Shown piece after piece: positions 29,628 through 38,531 of a stretch of DNA of 64,000 bases (the first letter of the stretch is position 1; every line of letters begins with the position of its first letter). The stretch covers positions 53,619-117,618 of the forward strand of contig CAVWDW010000003.1 of NCBI GenBank assembly GCA_963753865.1, in the 5' to 3' direction. Below the pieces are notes generated by a model. That model had not been told where the DNA came from and ran no database searches. It saw only the letters and a list, made by a program, of their open reading frames with translations. Source of the DNA: an uncultured Chloroflexia bacterium (GTDB taxonomy: Bacteria > Chloroflexota > Anaerolineae > Promineifilales > Promineifilaceae). A program made the position numbers and the translations under genes.

Positions 29628-30923
29628 ATGACGACCAGTAACACCACCGCTCGCTTTCCGGCGATCTTCGATTCAGCCGGCTTCTTTCGGGACCATCCGG
29701 CCACACCACCGCTGGCGCCCTTTGAGGTTCGGCCGTCCACGGAAGCCGAACGCGAGGCCTTGTACGCCGCCATGGGTGACTGGTCCACGAACCTGATCAA
29801 GCAGCCTCAAGGTGTCTTGCGCTACCCGTACATTGTGCCCGGCGGCGAATACGACCAACTGTGGGACTGGGATGGCTTCTTCTGCGGACTGGCCATAAGC
29901 GAAGAACGGCCGGCGTTCTTCCAGGGCTGCGTGCTCAACTTTCTCGACCACATACTGCCGGACGGCAAGACACCCAGCGTGATCGCGCCGACCGCCCCCC
30001 ATTATGAAAGCGTGCCCTTGCCCCTGATCGCCCAATGGATGGCCATCGCCTGCCGATTGGTCGGAGACGTCGAATGGGCACGACCCTGGTGGGACCGTGT
30101 GCTGCGCCAGCGGCAGTGGTATGAGGACAACGGTCGCGGGCGGCGCGGTCTATACCGCTTGCTTGTCTGGCCCGGGCATGGTCTGGATAACGACCCGGCG
30201 ATCTACGGCCGACGGGGGGAAACCGTCGCCGCTGTTCACGTCAACTGCTACCATTATCGTGAGCTGGTCGCGCTGGCCTATTTGGCCCACGAACTGGGCG
30301 ACACGGAGCAGGCCTCCCAACTCAGCGCACGGGCCGAAGCCCTGCGCGACAGCATCAATGAATTCATGTGGGATCCGATCGACGGCATGTACTACCATCT
30401 GGACCTCAGTGATTTCGAGGATGTGCGCGGGCAAGCGATCACCTGGGAGGTGCCCTACAAGGTTCGCTCCTGGGCCTGTCTTTTCCCGCTGTGGGCGGGT
30501 GTCGCCACGCCGGAACAGGCCGAGCGGATGGTGACTGAGCACATCCTCAACCCGGATGAGTTTCTCTCGCCCTACGGCATTCGCTCCCTGGCTGCCAACG
30601 AACGCATCTACAACAATGAGCCGATGGGCAACCCATCGAACTGGCAAGGGCCGGTGTGGGGCATGTCCACGTTTCATACTGCTTACGGTCTGCTGCGCTA
30701 TGGCTACGCTGACGCAGCAATGGACGTGGCCTCGCGCCTGATCGATGTGTATGTCGGGGACTACCAGAGGAACGGCGTAATCCACGAATATTATCACGCT
30801 GACACCGGTGCGCCGATCATTGGGCCGGGATTCCTCAGTTGGAATATGCTGGGACAGCGGGTGCTGGGGGACATTGCGGCGGGTATGGATCCGTCTCGTA
30901 TCCCGACGCCAGACGCGACGTAA
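29628..30923 (+). CDS. (alpha/alpha)6-barrel glycoside hydrolase, GH63/GH37-like (trehalase or glucosyl/mannosylglycerate hydrolase-like)
   Basis: DQLWDWDGFF, GLDNDP, NWQGPVWGMSTF and IHEYYHADTG motifs. ATG at 29628 behind AAGGA. Confidence 0.65.
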   Translation: MTTSNTTARFPAIFDSAGFFRDHPATPPLAPFEVRPSTEAEREALYAAMGDWSTNLIKQPQGVLRYPYIVPGGEYDQLWDWDGFFCGLAISEERPAFFQGCVLNFLDHILPDGKTPSVIAPTAPHYESVPLPLIAQWMAIACRLVGDVEWARPWWDRVLRQRQWYEDNGRGRRGLYRLLVWPGHGLDNDPAIYGRRGETVAAVHVNCYHYRELVALAYLAHELGDTEQASQLSARAEALRDSINEFMWDPIDGMYYHLDLSDFEDVRGQAITWEVPYKVRSWACLFPLWAGVATPEQAERMVTEHILNPDEFLSPYGIRSLAANERIYNNEPMGNPSNWQGPVWGMSTFHTAYGLLRYGYADAAMDVASRLIDVYVGDYQRNGVIHEYYHADTGAPIIGPGFLSWNMLGQRVLGDIAAGMDPSRIPTPDAT

Positions 30924-30959
30924 TCACCCAATGGATTGGCCCTTGTTTCGAGATTGACT

Positions 30960-33617
30960 ATGCATTGTCGCCAACAGTTCGCTCTCGATGGAGACTGGCT
31001 TTTCTGGCCGGATGAGACCGCTTCCCTGACCCCAGCGACGCTGAGTGCAGACACCGCACGTTCCATTGCCGTGCCGGGTCCCTGGCAGGCCCAGTTTGAC
31101 GATTTGCGCGATTACAGCGGACCAGGCTGGTACCGCCGTTCGGTCGACGTGCCCGCCGCCTGGGCTGGACTCCGGGTCATTCTGGGGTTCGGCGCGGCAG
31201 ATTATCTGGCCGAGGTGTGGGTTAACGGCATCGAAGTGGGCCAGCACGAAGGCGGCTATTTGCCGTTCGAGCTGGACATCACCGATGCGGCCCGACCCGG
31301 CGAGAATGTGCTGGTGGTCCGCGTCACCGACCCGCCGGAGCTTCTGGCCGAGATCCCCCACGGCAAGCAAAGCTGGTATGGTCCGTTGAGCGGACTTTGG
31401 CAATCGGTGTGGGTGGAGAGCCGTCCGGCGCAGCACATCCTGAACGTGCGCCTTACGCCGGACGCGGCGGCGGGCGTGGTGTCGGTGGACGTAGCCACCA
31501 GCCATCCGCTGTCGTCGACCGACCGGGTACAGGTGAGTATCGTCTCACCGGATGGTGCACCGGTGGCGGACGGCCAGTCTGCGGGCGCAGACCTGGCGCT
31601 GTCCATCGCGGACCCGCAGCTGTGGGATGTCGATACACCGAACCTGTACACAGCCACGATCACGCTTGACTCTGCGACAGGCCATGACACGGTTGTGGAC
31701 ACGTTTGGCTTTCGAACTGTCGAGACTCGACAAGGGCGGATATGGTTGAACGGCCGTCCTCTCTATTTACGCGGCGCTCTGGATCAGGATTACTATCCCG
31801 ATCTGATCTGCACGCCGCCCTCCGAAGCGTACATTGAGAACCAGTTTCGGCAGGCCAGGGCGATGGGGCTGAACTGCCTGCGCATCCATATCAAGATTGG
31901 GGATCCACGCTACTACGCCGCCGCCGACCGCGTGGGCTTGCTCATCTGGACCGAGCTGCCCAACTGGGGGCATTTGACGGAGGCTTCAGCCAAACGAGGT
32001 CGCGAGACGATCGCCGGCATGATCGATCGCGACTGGAACCATCCCTCGATTATTGTCTGGAACATCATCAACGAGGCGTGGGGCACCGAGTTATCGATCA
32101 ACTCCGATCACCGCGCCTGGCTGGCGGACCTGTTCGAACGGGTCAAGGAGCTGGATCCAACGCGGCTGGTGGTTGACAACTCGGCATGTTTTGACAACGC
32201 TCACGTAAAGTCTGATCTGGACGACTTTCACTTCTATGCCGCCATGCCCGAAGGCGCAGAGCGTTGGGATGCCTGGGTTGAGGAGCTGGCCAACCGCCCG
32301 CCGTGGCTCTATGCGCCGGAGTATCAGGCCAACCGCGAGCACGGCGCACCACTCATCGTGTCAGAGTTTGGCAACTGGGGTCTGCCTGACATCGGGCCGC
32401 TGCTTGAGCAGTACGGTGGCGAGCCGTGGTGGTTCGAGTCCGCCTACGACTGGGGCGGCGGTGACGTTTATGCTCATGGGGCAGAGCGGCGACTGCGCGA
32501 CCTCCATCTGGACAAGGTGTTTGGCGACTTCACCGGTTTGGCCCGCGCCGCACAGGAGGCACAGTTTGAGGGCCTCCGCTATGAGATCGAGGCCATGCGC
32601 CTGCGACCGCAGATATCCGGCTATGTCATCACCGAGTTCACTGACGTCCATTGGGAGAGTAATGGTCTGCTGGACATGCTGCGCCGGCCGAAAGTCCATT
32701 TCCAACGGCTGGCTGAGATCAATGCCGACACCATGATCATTCCCCGCACGACGCGGCGGTCGTGGCGAAGTGGTGAAGCGGCAATCGTTGACCTGAATTT
32801 GGCTCACAGTGGGGCCGAAGCGCTGCATGGCGCGACGCTGACCTGGGCACTGACCGGCGACCAAGTGACCATTGAGTCTGGAGCCGAGAAGAATCTGAGC
32901 CTCGACTCGTTCGGGGTCGTCAAGCTGCCGCCGCTGGAGCTGGCCATGCCGGCGGTGGCTTTTCCCAGTCCGGTCATTCTGGACCTGATCGCAGCCGACA
33001 ACACCGGCAAGCAGATCGCTCATACCTCGCTGCCGCTCATAATCTTTCCTCCGGCGACCACGCCACCCGGGACCGTTGTCTGCACGGACGAGATTCTGGC
33101 GGCCGCCCTGACGCGCGGTGGGTGTGAAACTGTGGCCGAGACCTCGCTTGATGTGCCGTGGGTCACCGCGACGTTTGACGACAGCCACCGGCGCTTTGCA
33201 CAAGAGGGAGGCAAGGTGCTCTTTCTGGCCGAGACGCCCGACGCCCTGCAAACGTCAGTGCCGCGCCTTTCGCTAGCTGCACGCCAGGGCACGCCCTGGT
33301 CGGGAGATTGGGCCAGCAGTTTGTCCTGGTACCGGCGTGACCTGTGGGCCGGGGCGCTGCCCGGTGACGGCCTGCTGGGCTTCGCCTTCTCTACGGTGCT
33401 GCCCCAGACGGTCATTAGCTCGGTGCAGTCGCTGGACTTCCGCGAGGAGGTGGTGGCAGGCTTGTTCGTTGGGTGGCTGAGACGGCCGGCCGGGCTGGTG
33501 CAGAAACGGCCGCTGGGCAGGGGCACACTGCTGGTATCAACCCTGCGGCTTGTAGATGCGTTGGGCCACGACCCACTGGCAGACTACCTGCTGCGAGAAC
33601 ATCTTTTGTTGCTTTAG
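30960..33617 (+). CDS. Glycoside hydrolase family 2 (beta-galactosidase/beta-mannosidase-like)
   Basis: WNHPSIIVWNIINEAWG (acid/base region) and LIVSEFGNWG (nucleophile region). Sugar-binding N-terminal domain with GGYLPFELDIT. Confidence 0.8.
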   Translation: MHCRQQFALDGDWLFWPDETASLTPATLSADTARSIAVPGPWQAQFDDLRDYSGPGWYRRSVDVPAAWAGLRVILGFGAADYLAEVWVNGIEVGQHEGGYLPFELDITDAARPGENVLVVRVTDPPELLAEIPHGKQSWYGPLSGLWQSVWVESRPAQHILNVRLTPDAAAGVVSVDVATSHPLSSTDRVQVSIVSPDGAPVADGQSAGADLALSIADPQLWDVDTPNLYTATITLDSATGHDTVVDTFGFRTVETRQGRIWLNGRPLYLRGALDQDYYPDLICTPPSEAYIENQFRQARAMGLNCLRIHIKIGDPRYYAAADRVGLLIWTELPNWGHLTEASAKRGRETIAGMIDRDWNHPSIIVWNIINEAWGTELSINSDHRAWLADLFERVKELDPTRLVVDNSACFDNAHVKSDLDDFHFYAAMPEGAERWDAWVEELANRPPWLYAPEYQANREHGAPLIVSEFGNWGLPDIGPLLEQYGGEPWWFESAYDWGGGDVYAHGAERRLRDLHLDKVFGDFTGLARAAQEAQFEGLRYEIEAMRLRPQISGYVITEFTDVHWESNGLLDMLRRPKVHFQRLAEINADTMIIPRTTRRSWRSGEAAIVDLNLAHSGAEALHGATLTWALTGDQVTIESGAEKNLSLDSFGVVKLPPLELAMPAVAFPSPVILDLIAADNTGKQIAHTSLPLIIFPPATTPPGTVVCTDEILAAALTRGGCETVAETSLDVPWVTATFDDSHRRFAQEGGKVLFLAETPDALQTSVPRLSLAARQGTPWSGDWASSLSWYRRDLWAGALPGDGLLGFAFSTVLPQTVISSVQSLDFREEVVAGLFVGWLRRPAGLVQKRPLGRGTLLVSTLRLVDALGHDPLADYLLREHLLLL

Positions 33618-33738
33618 CGGGTTGGGCTGCAGTACCTGGTTTTTGCGGGTGCCCATGTACCGATGGACAGGGATGCGGCCCAACTTCTATGCGATCGCAA
33701 TCGAGATCTGCCGGTCCAGGACGTGTTAGGAGAAGAAG

Positions 33739-35374
33739 ATGGTTAAGAAGGACATTGTAGAGGAAATTGACTGGGGCCAAACCGCCCTCGGTATCGAGTT
33801 CGGCTCGACCCGCATCAAGGTGGCTCTCATCGGGACCAACCATGTTCCCATCGCCTCGGGCAGCCACAGCTGGGAAAACCGGTACGACGATGGTGTCTGG
33901 ACCTACAGCCTCGACGATGTTTGGACCGGTCTGCAGGCTGCCTATCAGTCGCTCAGCGACGAGCTGTTCGAGACCTGCGGCGTGCCGCTGCAAACCGTAG
34001 GGGCCATTGGCTTCAGCGGTATGATGCATGGCTACATGGCCTTCGATGCGGACGGCAATCTGCTCGTCCCGTTTCGCACCTGGCGCAACACGACAACTGG
34101 CCAGGCCGCCGAGTCCCTGACCGAGCGCTTCCAATTCAACATCCCACAGCGCTGGAGCATTGCCCACCTGTATCAGGCCATCCTGAATGGCGAACCCCAG
34201 GTCAAGGACATCAGCTATCTCACTACGTTGGCTGGCTATGTCCATTGGCAGCTGACGGGGCGGAGGGTGGTGGGCATCGGCGAAGCATCGGGTATGTTCC
34301 CTATCGACGCCACGACCGGCAACTACGATACGCAGATGCTCGCGCAGTTTAACCACATACTTGAAGCGGAAGGCACGGCGTGGAAACTGCAGGAAGTCCT
34401 GCCGGAGGTACTCTACGCTGGAGATGCTGCCGGCGTCCTGACATCCGAAGGCGCCAGGCTGCTAGATCCGACCGGCCAATTCCAGGCCGGGATCCCGCTC
34501 TGCCCGCCGGAGGGCGACGCCGGGACGGGCATGGTGGCTACCAACAGTGTGGCCGAGCGAACGGGCAATGTGTCGGCCGGAACCTCCGTCTTTGCCATGA
34601 TCGTCCTGGAGCAGGCACTGTCGAAACGATATCCGGAGATAGATATGGTGACGACGCCCACCGGCAAACCGGTGGCCATGGTCCACAGCAACAACTGCAC
34701 CTCCGACCTCAACGCCTGGGTCGGTCTGTTTCAGGAATTCACCACGGCCCTGGGTGTGGACATCGACCAGTCCGCGTTGTTTGAGATGCTCTATCAGAGC
34801 GCACTCGGCGGTGAGGCCGATGGTGGCGGGATGCTGGCTTACAATTACCTCTCCGGTGAGCACTTAACCGGCTTTGAGGCGGGTCGACCGTTGTTCGTGC
34901 GCACGTCCTGGCAGCCGGTTCACATTAGCTAACTTCATGCGTACTCATCTCTTCGCGGCGCTTGGGGCCTTGAAGATTGGCCTGGATATCCTGTTTGAGG
35001 AGGAGCAGGTCACCATTGACCAGGTCCTGGGCCATGGTGGATTCTTCAAGACACCGGAAGTGGGCCAGAAGATGATGGTGGCGGCGATAAATGTCCCTGT
35101 GACGGTTATGGAGACAGCAGGGGAGGGCGGTGCCTGGGGGATGGCTCTATTGGCTGCGTACATGCTCCACGGGGAAGAGAATGAACCGTTGGAAGGGTAT
35201 TTGGGGAACAAGGTCTTCGCCGGGGAGCAGGGCACAACGGTCGCCCCAGACCCGGTCGATGTGGCCGGCTTTGCGGCTTTCATGGCACGCTACAAGGATG
35301 GGTTAGTTATTGAACGAGCTGCTGTAGATTCACTCTTGCTGCCACCATATGCGTCAGGGGAACAACATGCTTGA
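33739..35374 (+). pseudogene. FGGY-family carbohydrate kinase (ribulokinase-like), split by one frameshift near 34905
   Basis: ORF 33739-34932 ([12 protein letters not shown]...) continues in the +1 frame as ORF 34874-35374 ([13 protein letters not shown]...GHGGFFKT). The two join at ...RPLFVRT/PGSRFTL. Confidence 0.75.
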
Positions 35375-36014
35375 CTCACTGAAAGAAGACCTGGTGCAGC
35401 TGCACCTGGAGCTGCCCAAGAACAACCTGGTCGCCTGGACCAGCGGTAACGTCAGCATCCGCGACCCGGAGACCAACCTGGTGGTCATCAAGCCCAGCGG
35501 CGTTCGCTTTGAACACCTGACCGCGGCCAGCATGGTTGTTGTTGATATCGACGGCAACCTGGTGGAGGGCGAATACAAACCTTCGTCCGACACCGCCTCC
35601 CATTGCTACATCTATCGCCATATGCCGGAGGTCTACGGCGTGGTGCATACCCATTCGCGCTACGCGACGGCGTTTGCGGTGGTCGGTCGCTCCATTCCCT
35701 GCCACACCACGGCGATGGGCGACGAGTTCGGTGGGGAGATCCCGTGCGGCGGGTTTGCCCTGGTCGGCGGGGAGGAGATTGGGCAGCGTGTCGTCGACAC
35801 GCTGGCCGGCGGCCGCAGCCCAGCGTGCTTGTTGGTCAACCACGGCGTCTTTGCGGTGGGGCCGTCGGTGGAGAAGGCGGTTAAGGCCGCTATCATGACC
35901 GAGGACAACGCGGCCGTTATGTGGCTGGCCTATCAGCTTGGTCAGCCGCTGCCTCTCTCACAATCCGACATCGACAGCCTCTACGACCGCTATCAGAATG
36001 TCTATGGTCAGTGA
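35367..36014 (+). CDS. araD: L-ribulose-5-phosphate 4-epimerase (class II aldolase fold)
   Basis: MLDSLKEDL...[10 protein letters not shown]...VIKPSGV...KPSSDT...[13 protein letters not shown] aligns along its length with my recollection of E. coli AraD. Overlaps the kinase stop by 8 nt. Confidence 0.85.
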   Translation: MLDSLKEDLVQLHLELPKNNLVAWTSGNVSIRDPETNLVVIKPSGVRFEHLTAASMVVVDIDGNLVEGEYKPSSDTASHCYIYRHMPEVYGVVHTHSRYATAFAVVGRSIPCHTTAMGDEFGGEIPCGGFALVGGEEIGQRVVDTLAGGRSPACLLVNHGVFAVGPSVEKAVKAAIMTEDNAAVMWLAYQLGQPLPLSQSDIDSLYDRYQNVYGQ

Positions 36015-36082
36015 CGCGCATCTGATAGTAAGGACATCTAGCCATGAATCCCTTGGCTTCGAAAGTGCCCGTTTTACGGGCC

Positions 36083-36148
36083 GATTTCATCTGTATGCGA
36101 CAACGAATTTCATCTTCATGTGACTTGATTTCATCTGTTGTGACAACC
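36083..36148. repeat. Three tandem imperfect 22-bp direct repeats (GATTTCATCTGTATGCGACAAC / GAATTTCATCTTCATGTGACTT / GATTTCATCTGTTGTGACAACC)
   Basis: Read directly from the sequence. Non-coding region 70 nt downstream of araD. Confidence 0.8.
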
Positions 36149-36423
36149 TGCAACCAACGGGGAAGTGGGCAGCAGGACGCGCGTCCCGGACAAGTCCGGT
36201 ACTGATACTAACATTAATTGACGTTAGTATAACTGTGATTATGGCGTAGCGTGACGGGCGTCGCATCTGTGGTATGCTATGCTCGCACACTCTAATTGGG
36301 CGAGAAACGGAGTTGACAGGCTGGAACACGGCACAGTTGTGACGCACAGGTGGCGCCGCGGAACAGATGGGCCTCATGGTCTTTGTCGGCCTGACCTGGT
36401 TCGGCTGTTACAAGGAGATGTCT

Positions 36424-36906
36424 ATGGATAGAGCGATCCCTGATCCGCAGCAAGCCCCCGGTGTTGGTCTGCGCCACGTGCTGTTGACCACGCCGCCAGA
36501 CCAATTCGATTTCTCCGCTGATGCTGACTGTCCGACCGTCTACGGCGTTCTGACAGATTGGAACCTGGCTGACACCACGGCCACGATCGTCGGGCTGCGT
36601 GACGGCACCGCCAGCCTGTACACGACGGGAACGTTTGGCATCATCGGCGGCTTCGCCCACGAAGCCGTCCGCTCAGCAGCGCTTCGCTATGTGCAAGCGG
36701 CTGAACAACTGGCGGACTATTGCGTCCCCGTCACCGACTTCCCTTATCCAGCGCCGGGCGACGTAACGTTCTATCTGCTGACCTACGACGGTGTGGTCCG
36801 CTGCGAGGCCAGTGAGCAGGCGCTGGCCCAACGCACAGATCCGACCACACCGCTGTTCGCCGCCGCGCAAGACGTCCTGACCCAGCTGCGGCTGATCGTC
36901 AACTGA
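36424..36906 (+). CDS. Hypothetical protein (160 aa)
   Basis: ORF with AAGGAG 6 nt upstream of the ATG at 36424. No family recognised. Confidence 0.55.
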   Translation: MDRAIPDPQQAPGVGLRHVLLTTPPDQFDFSADADCPTVYGVLTDWNLADTTATIVGLRDGTASLYTTGTFGIIGGFAHEAVRSAALRYVQAAEQLADYCVPVTDFPYPAPGDVTFYLLTYDGVVRCEASEQALAQRTDPTTPLFAAAQDVLTQLRLIVN

Positions 36907-36952
36907 CGGCCGTGCCGCACACTCAAATTATGACTAACGGAGGACACCCACC

Positions 36953-37150
36953 ATGGCCCAACAACTGAAGATTGCCCGCCTCGACGAAGACGCAGTCGCC
37001 AGCATCCAGGAGCTGGAAGCAACGACCGGCAAGCATATCATGGCCTTCGAGACCGGCCCCCACTTCGCCACCCTCTCCGACGAAGAGCTGGAGCGTGTGC
37101 AGGCGCTGGAGAAGGTGTTGAATGTCATTCTGATCGTTTACGAAGGCTAA
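36953..37150 (+). CDS. Small hypothetical protein (65 aa, acidic)
   Basis: GGAGGA Shine-Dalgarno about 8 nt upstream of the ATG. Followed by a strong terminator. Confidence 0.5.
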   Translation: MAQQLKIARLDEDAVASIQELEATTGKHIMAFETGPHFATLSDEELERVQALEKVLNVILIVYEG

Positions 37151-37306
37151 ACGAAGTGCGGATGGTCGCTATTGCAATACAGACTACACGAAAAACGGAG
37201 GGTAGAACGAGGCGATGGCGCATCTCAGAGAAAAACTACGCCACTTCCGGGGCGCCATCCGTTATGACTTCGCGGAAAATCCTGCTATCTAGCGGCAGGA
37301 TCACAA

Positions 37307-37336
37307 GCAAAAAGCGCTCACAAGAGCGCTTTTTGC
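37307..37336. terminator. Bidirectional intrinsic terminator between convergent genes
   Basis: GCAAAAAGCGCTC-acaa-GAGCGCTTTTTGC: a perfect 13-bp stem with an A-run and a T-run on either side, so it reads as hairpin plus U-tract on both strands. Confidence 0.75.
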
Positions 37337-37449
37337 TTCCGACAGAAGACTGAGTTGTTAGGTTGCTCCCAACAGAGGCGATCTCATTCGCACTCGTCGG
37401 TCCAGTGCGATGGCCGTCAAACCTCTCCCACTCCCACACCAACCTCCGG

Positions 37450-38265
37450 TTAGGTCGCCGCAACAGGAGCGTCTTCTTCTCCGGGCATAAGCACTTCGGT
37501 GACTCCCTGCCCTTTCTTGAACATTGTGCTGCGGTTCAGCCAGACAACGATGACGGCAATTGCGATCCACAGGATGTTGTCCCACGGTTGGGCATCAGGA
37601 AAGATGGGGTTCATCATCTGGAAGTGGTAGAGAACCGCGATCAGAAGGCTTCCCCTGGAAACGTTGAAGAACGGCGTCAGGATGACGGAGAGGGCGATGA
37701 TGCCCAGGAAGTATGGGCCGGCAACCCAGGTGCCCTGGGGCAACCCGCTCAACAGGAACGAGGGGACGTGCCAGAGAGCCCAGATGACGCCAAGGATCAG
37801 GCTTGCCCAGAACGGAGCGAGCCGACGCTGCAGCAAAGGTAACGCCACCCCTCGCCATCCGAACTCCTCGATAGGACCGAGCAGCAAGGCGACTACCAGT
37901 GCCGGCAGCACCTGATACCAGGGCGAAAACGGAAACGGATCGCTGATGGTGCCCTTGATGGCGGCGCCCAGGTAGGTGACTGCAGGAATACCCACGATCA
38001 GGAACAGCCACCAGCCCACCGGCGCACGCCACAACGTCAGTCGCTTGAAGAAACTGCCCAGGCCCCGGACTCCGTAGTTACGCCACACCAGGAACACGCC
38101 GACCAGACCAGGCGAATAGACGGCCAGGATGACCAGCGGGTTGGACAGGTCAATCTCGCCAAAGATGGCGGCAACTGCATCGGGGAACAGGATCAGGAGC
38201 GCCGCAATGCCCCAGGTCAAAACGAAGGACAACAGTACAAACGGGATCAGGGTTCTTGTCTTCAT
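37450..38265 (-). CDS. CPBP family intramembrane glutamic endopeptidase (CAAX protease-like)
   Basis: EEFGWRG motif, a downstream H-containing helix (ALWHVP) and multiple transmembrane segments. ATG at 38265 behind AAGGAGA; the ORF track gives 38370. Confidence 0.8.
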   Translation of the reverse strand: MKTRTLIPFVLLSFVLTWGIAALLILFPDAVAAIFGEIDLSNPLVILAVYSPGLVGVFLVWRNYGVRGLGSFFKRLTLWRAPVGWWLFLIVGIPAVTYLGAAIKGTISDPFPFSPWYQVLPALVVALLLGPIEEFGWRGVALPLLQRRLAPFWASLILGVIWALWHVPSFLLSGLPQGTWVAGPYFLGIIALSVILTPFFNVSRGSLLIAVLYHFQMMNPIFPDAQPWDNILWIAIAVIVVWLNRSTMFKKGQGVTEVLMPGEEDAPVAAT

Positions 38266-38531
38266 CGTGCTTTCTCCTTGATGATGGACTGGACTGAATG
38301 CTCGAACGGATTCTGGACTTCCTGGCGATGGTTCTGACTGCTGCTGAATAAGTTGACTTGACTGGTTCATGTTTAACTCCTTTCAAAGACCGCTCATGTC
38401 GTGATGTCACCATCATAGGCGAACCCGGCTTCCCCCACATCGTCCGCACGACCATGGTCCATCTTGCCCTTTCGGGCACTGTCCAGATGGACCATGGCCA
38501 AGAGCGAGGGACGAAGTACAATGACGGGATA

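Noticed and set aside
33415-34356. 313-aa minus-strand ORF spanning the GH2 end and the FGGY kinase start
   Set aside because: It crosses an intergenic region and two well-supported plus-strand genes, and has no recognisable family.
36083-36148. Possible CRISPR array, given the short direct repeats
   Set aside because: The repeats are contiguous with no spacers, there are only three imperfect units, and no cas genes occur anywhere in the window.
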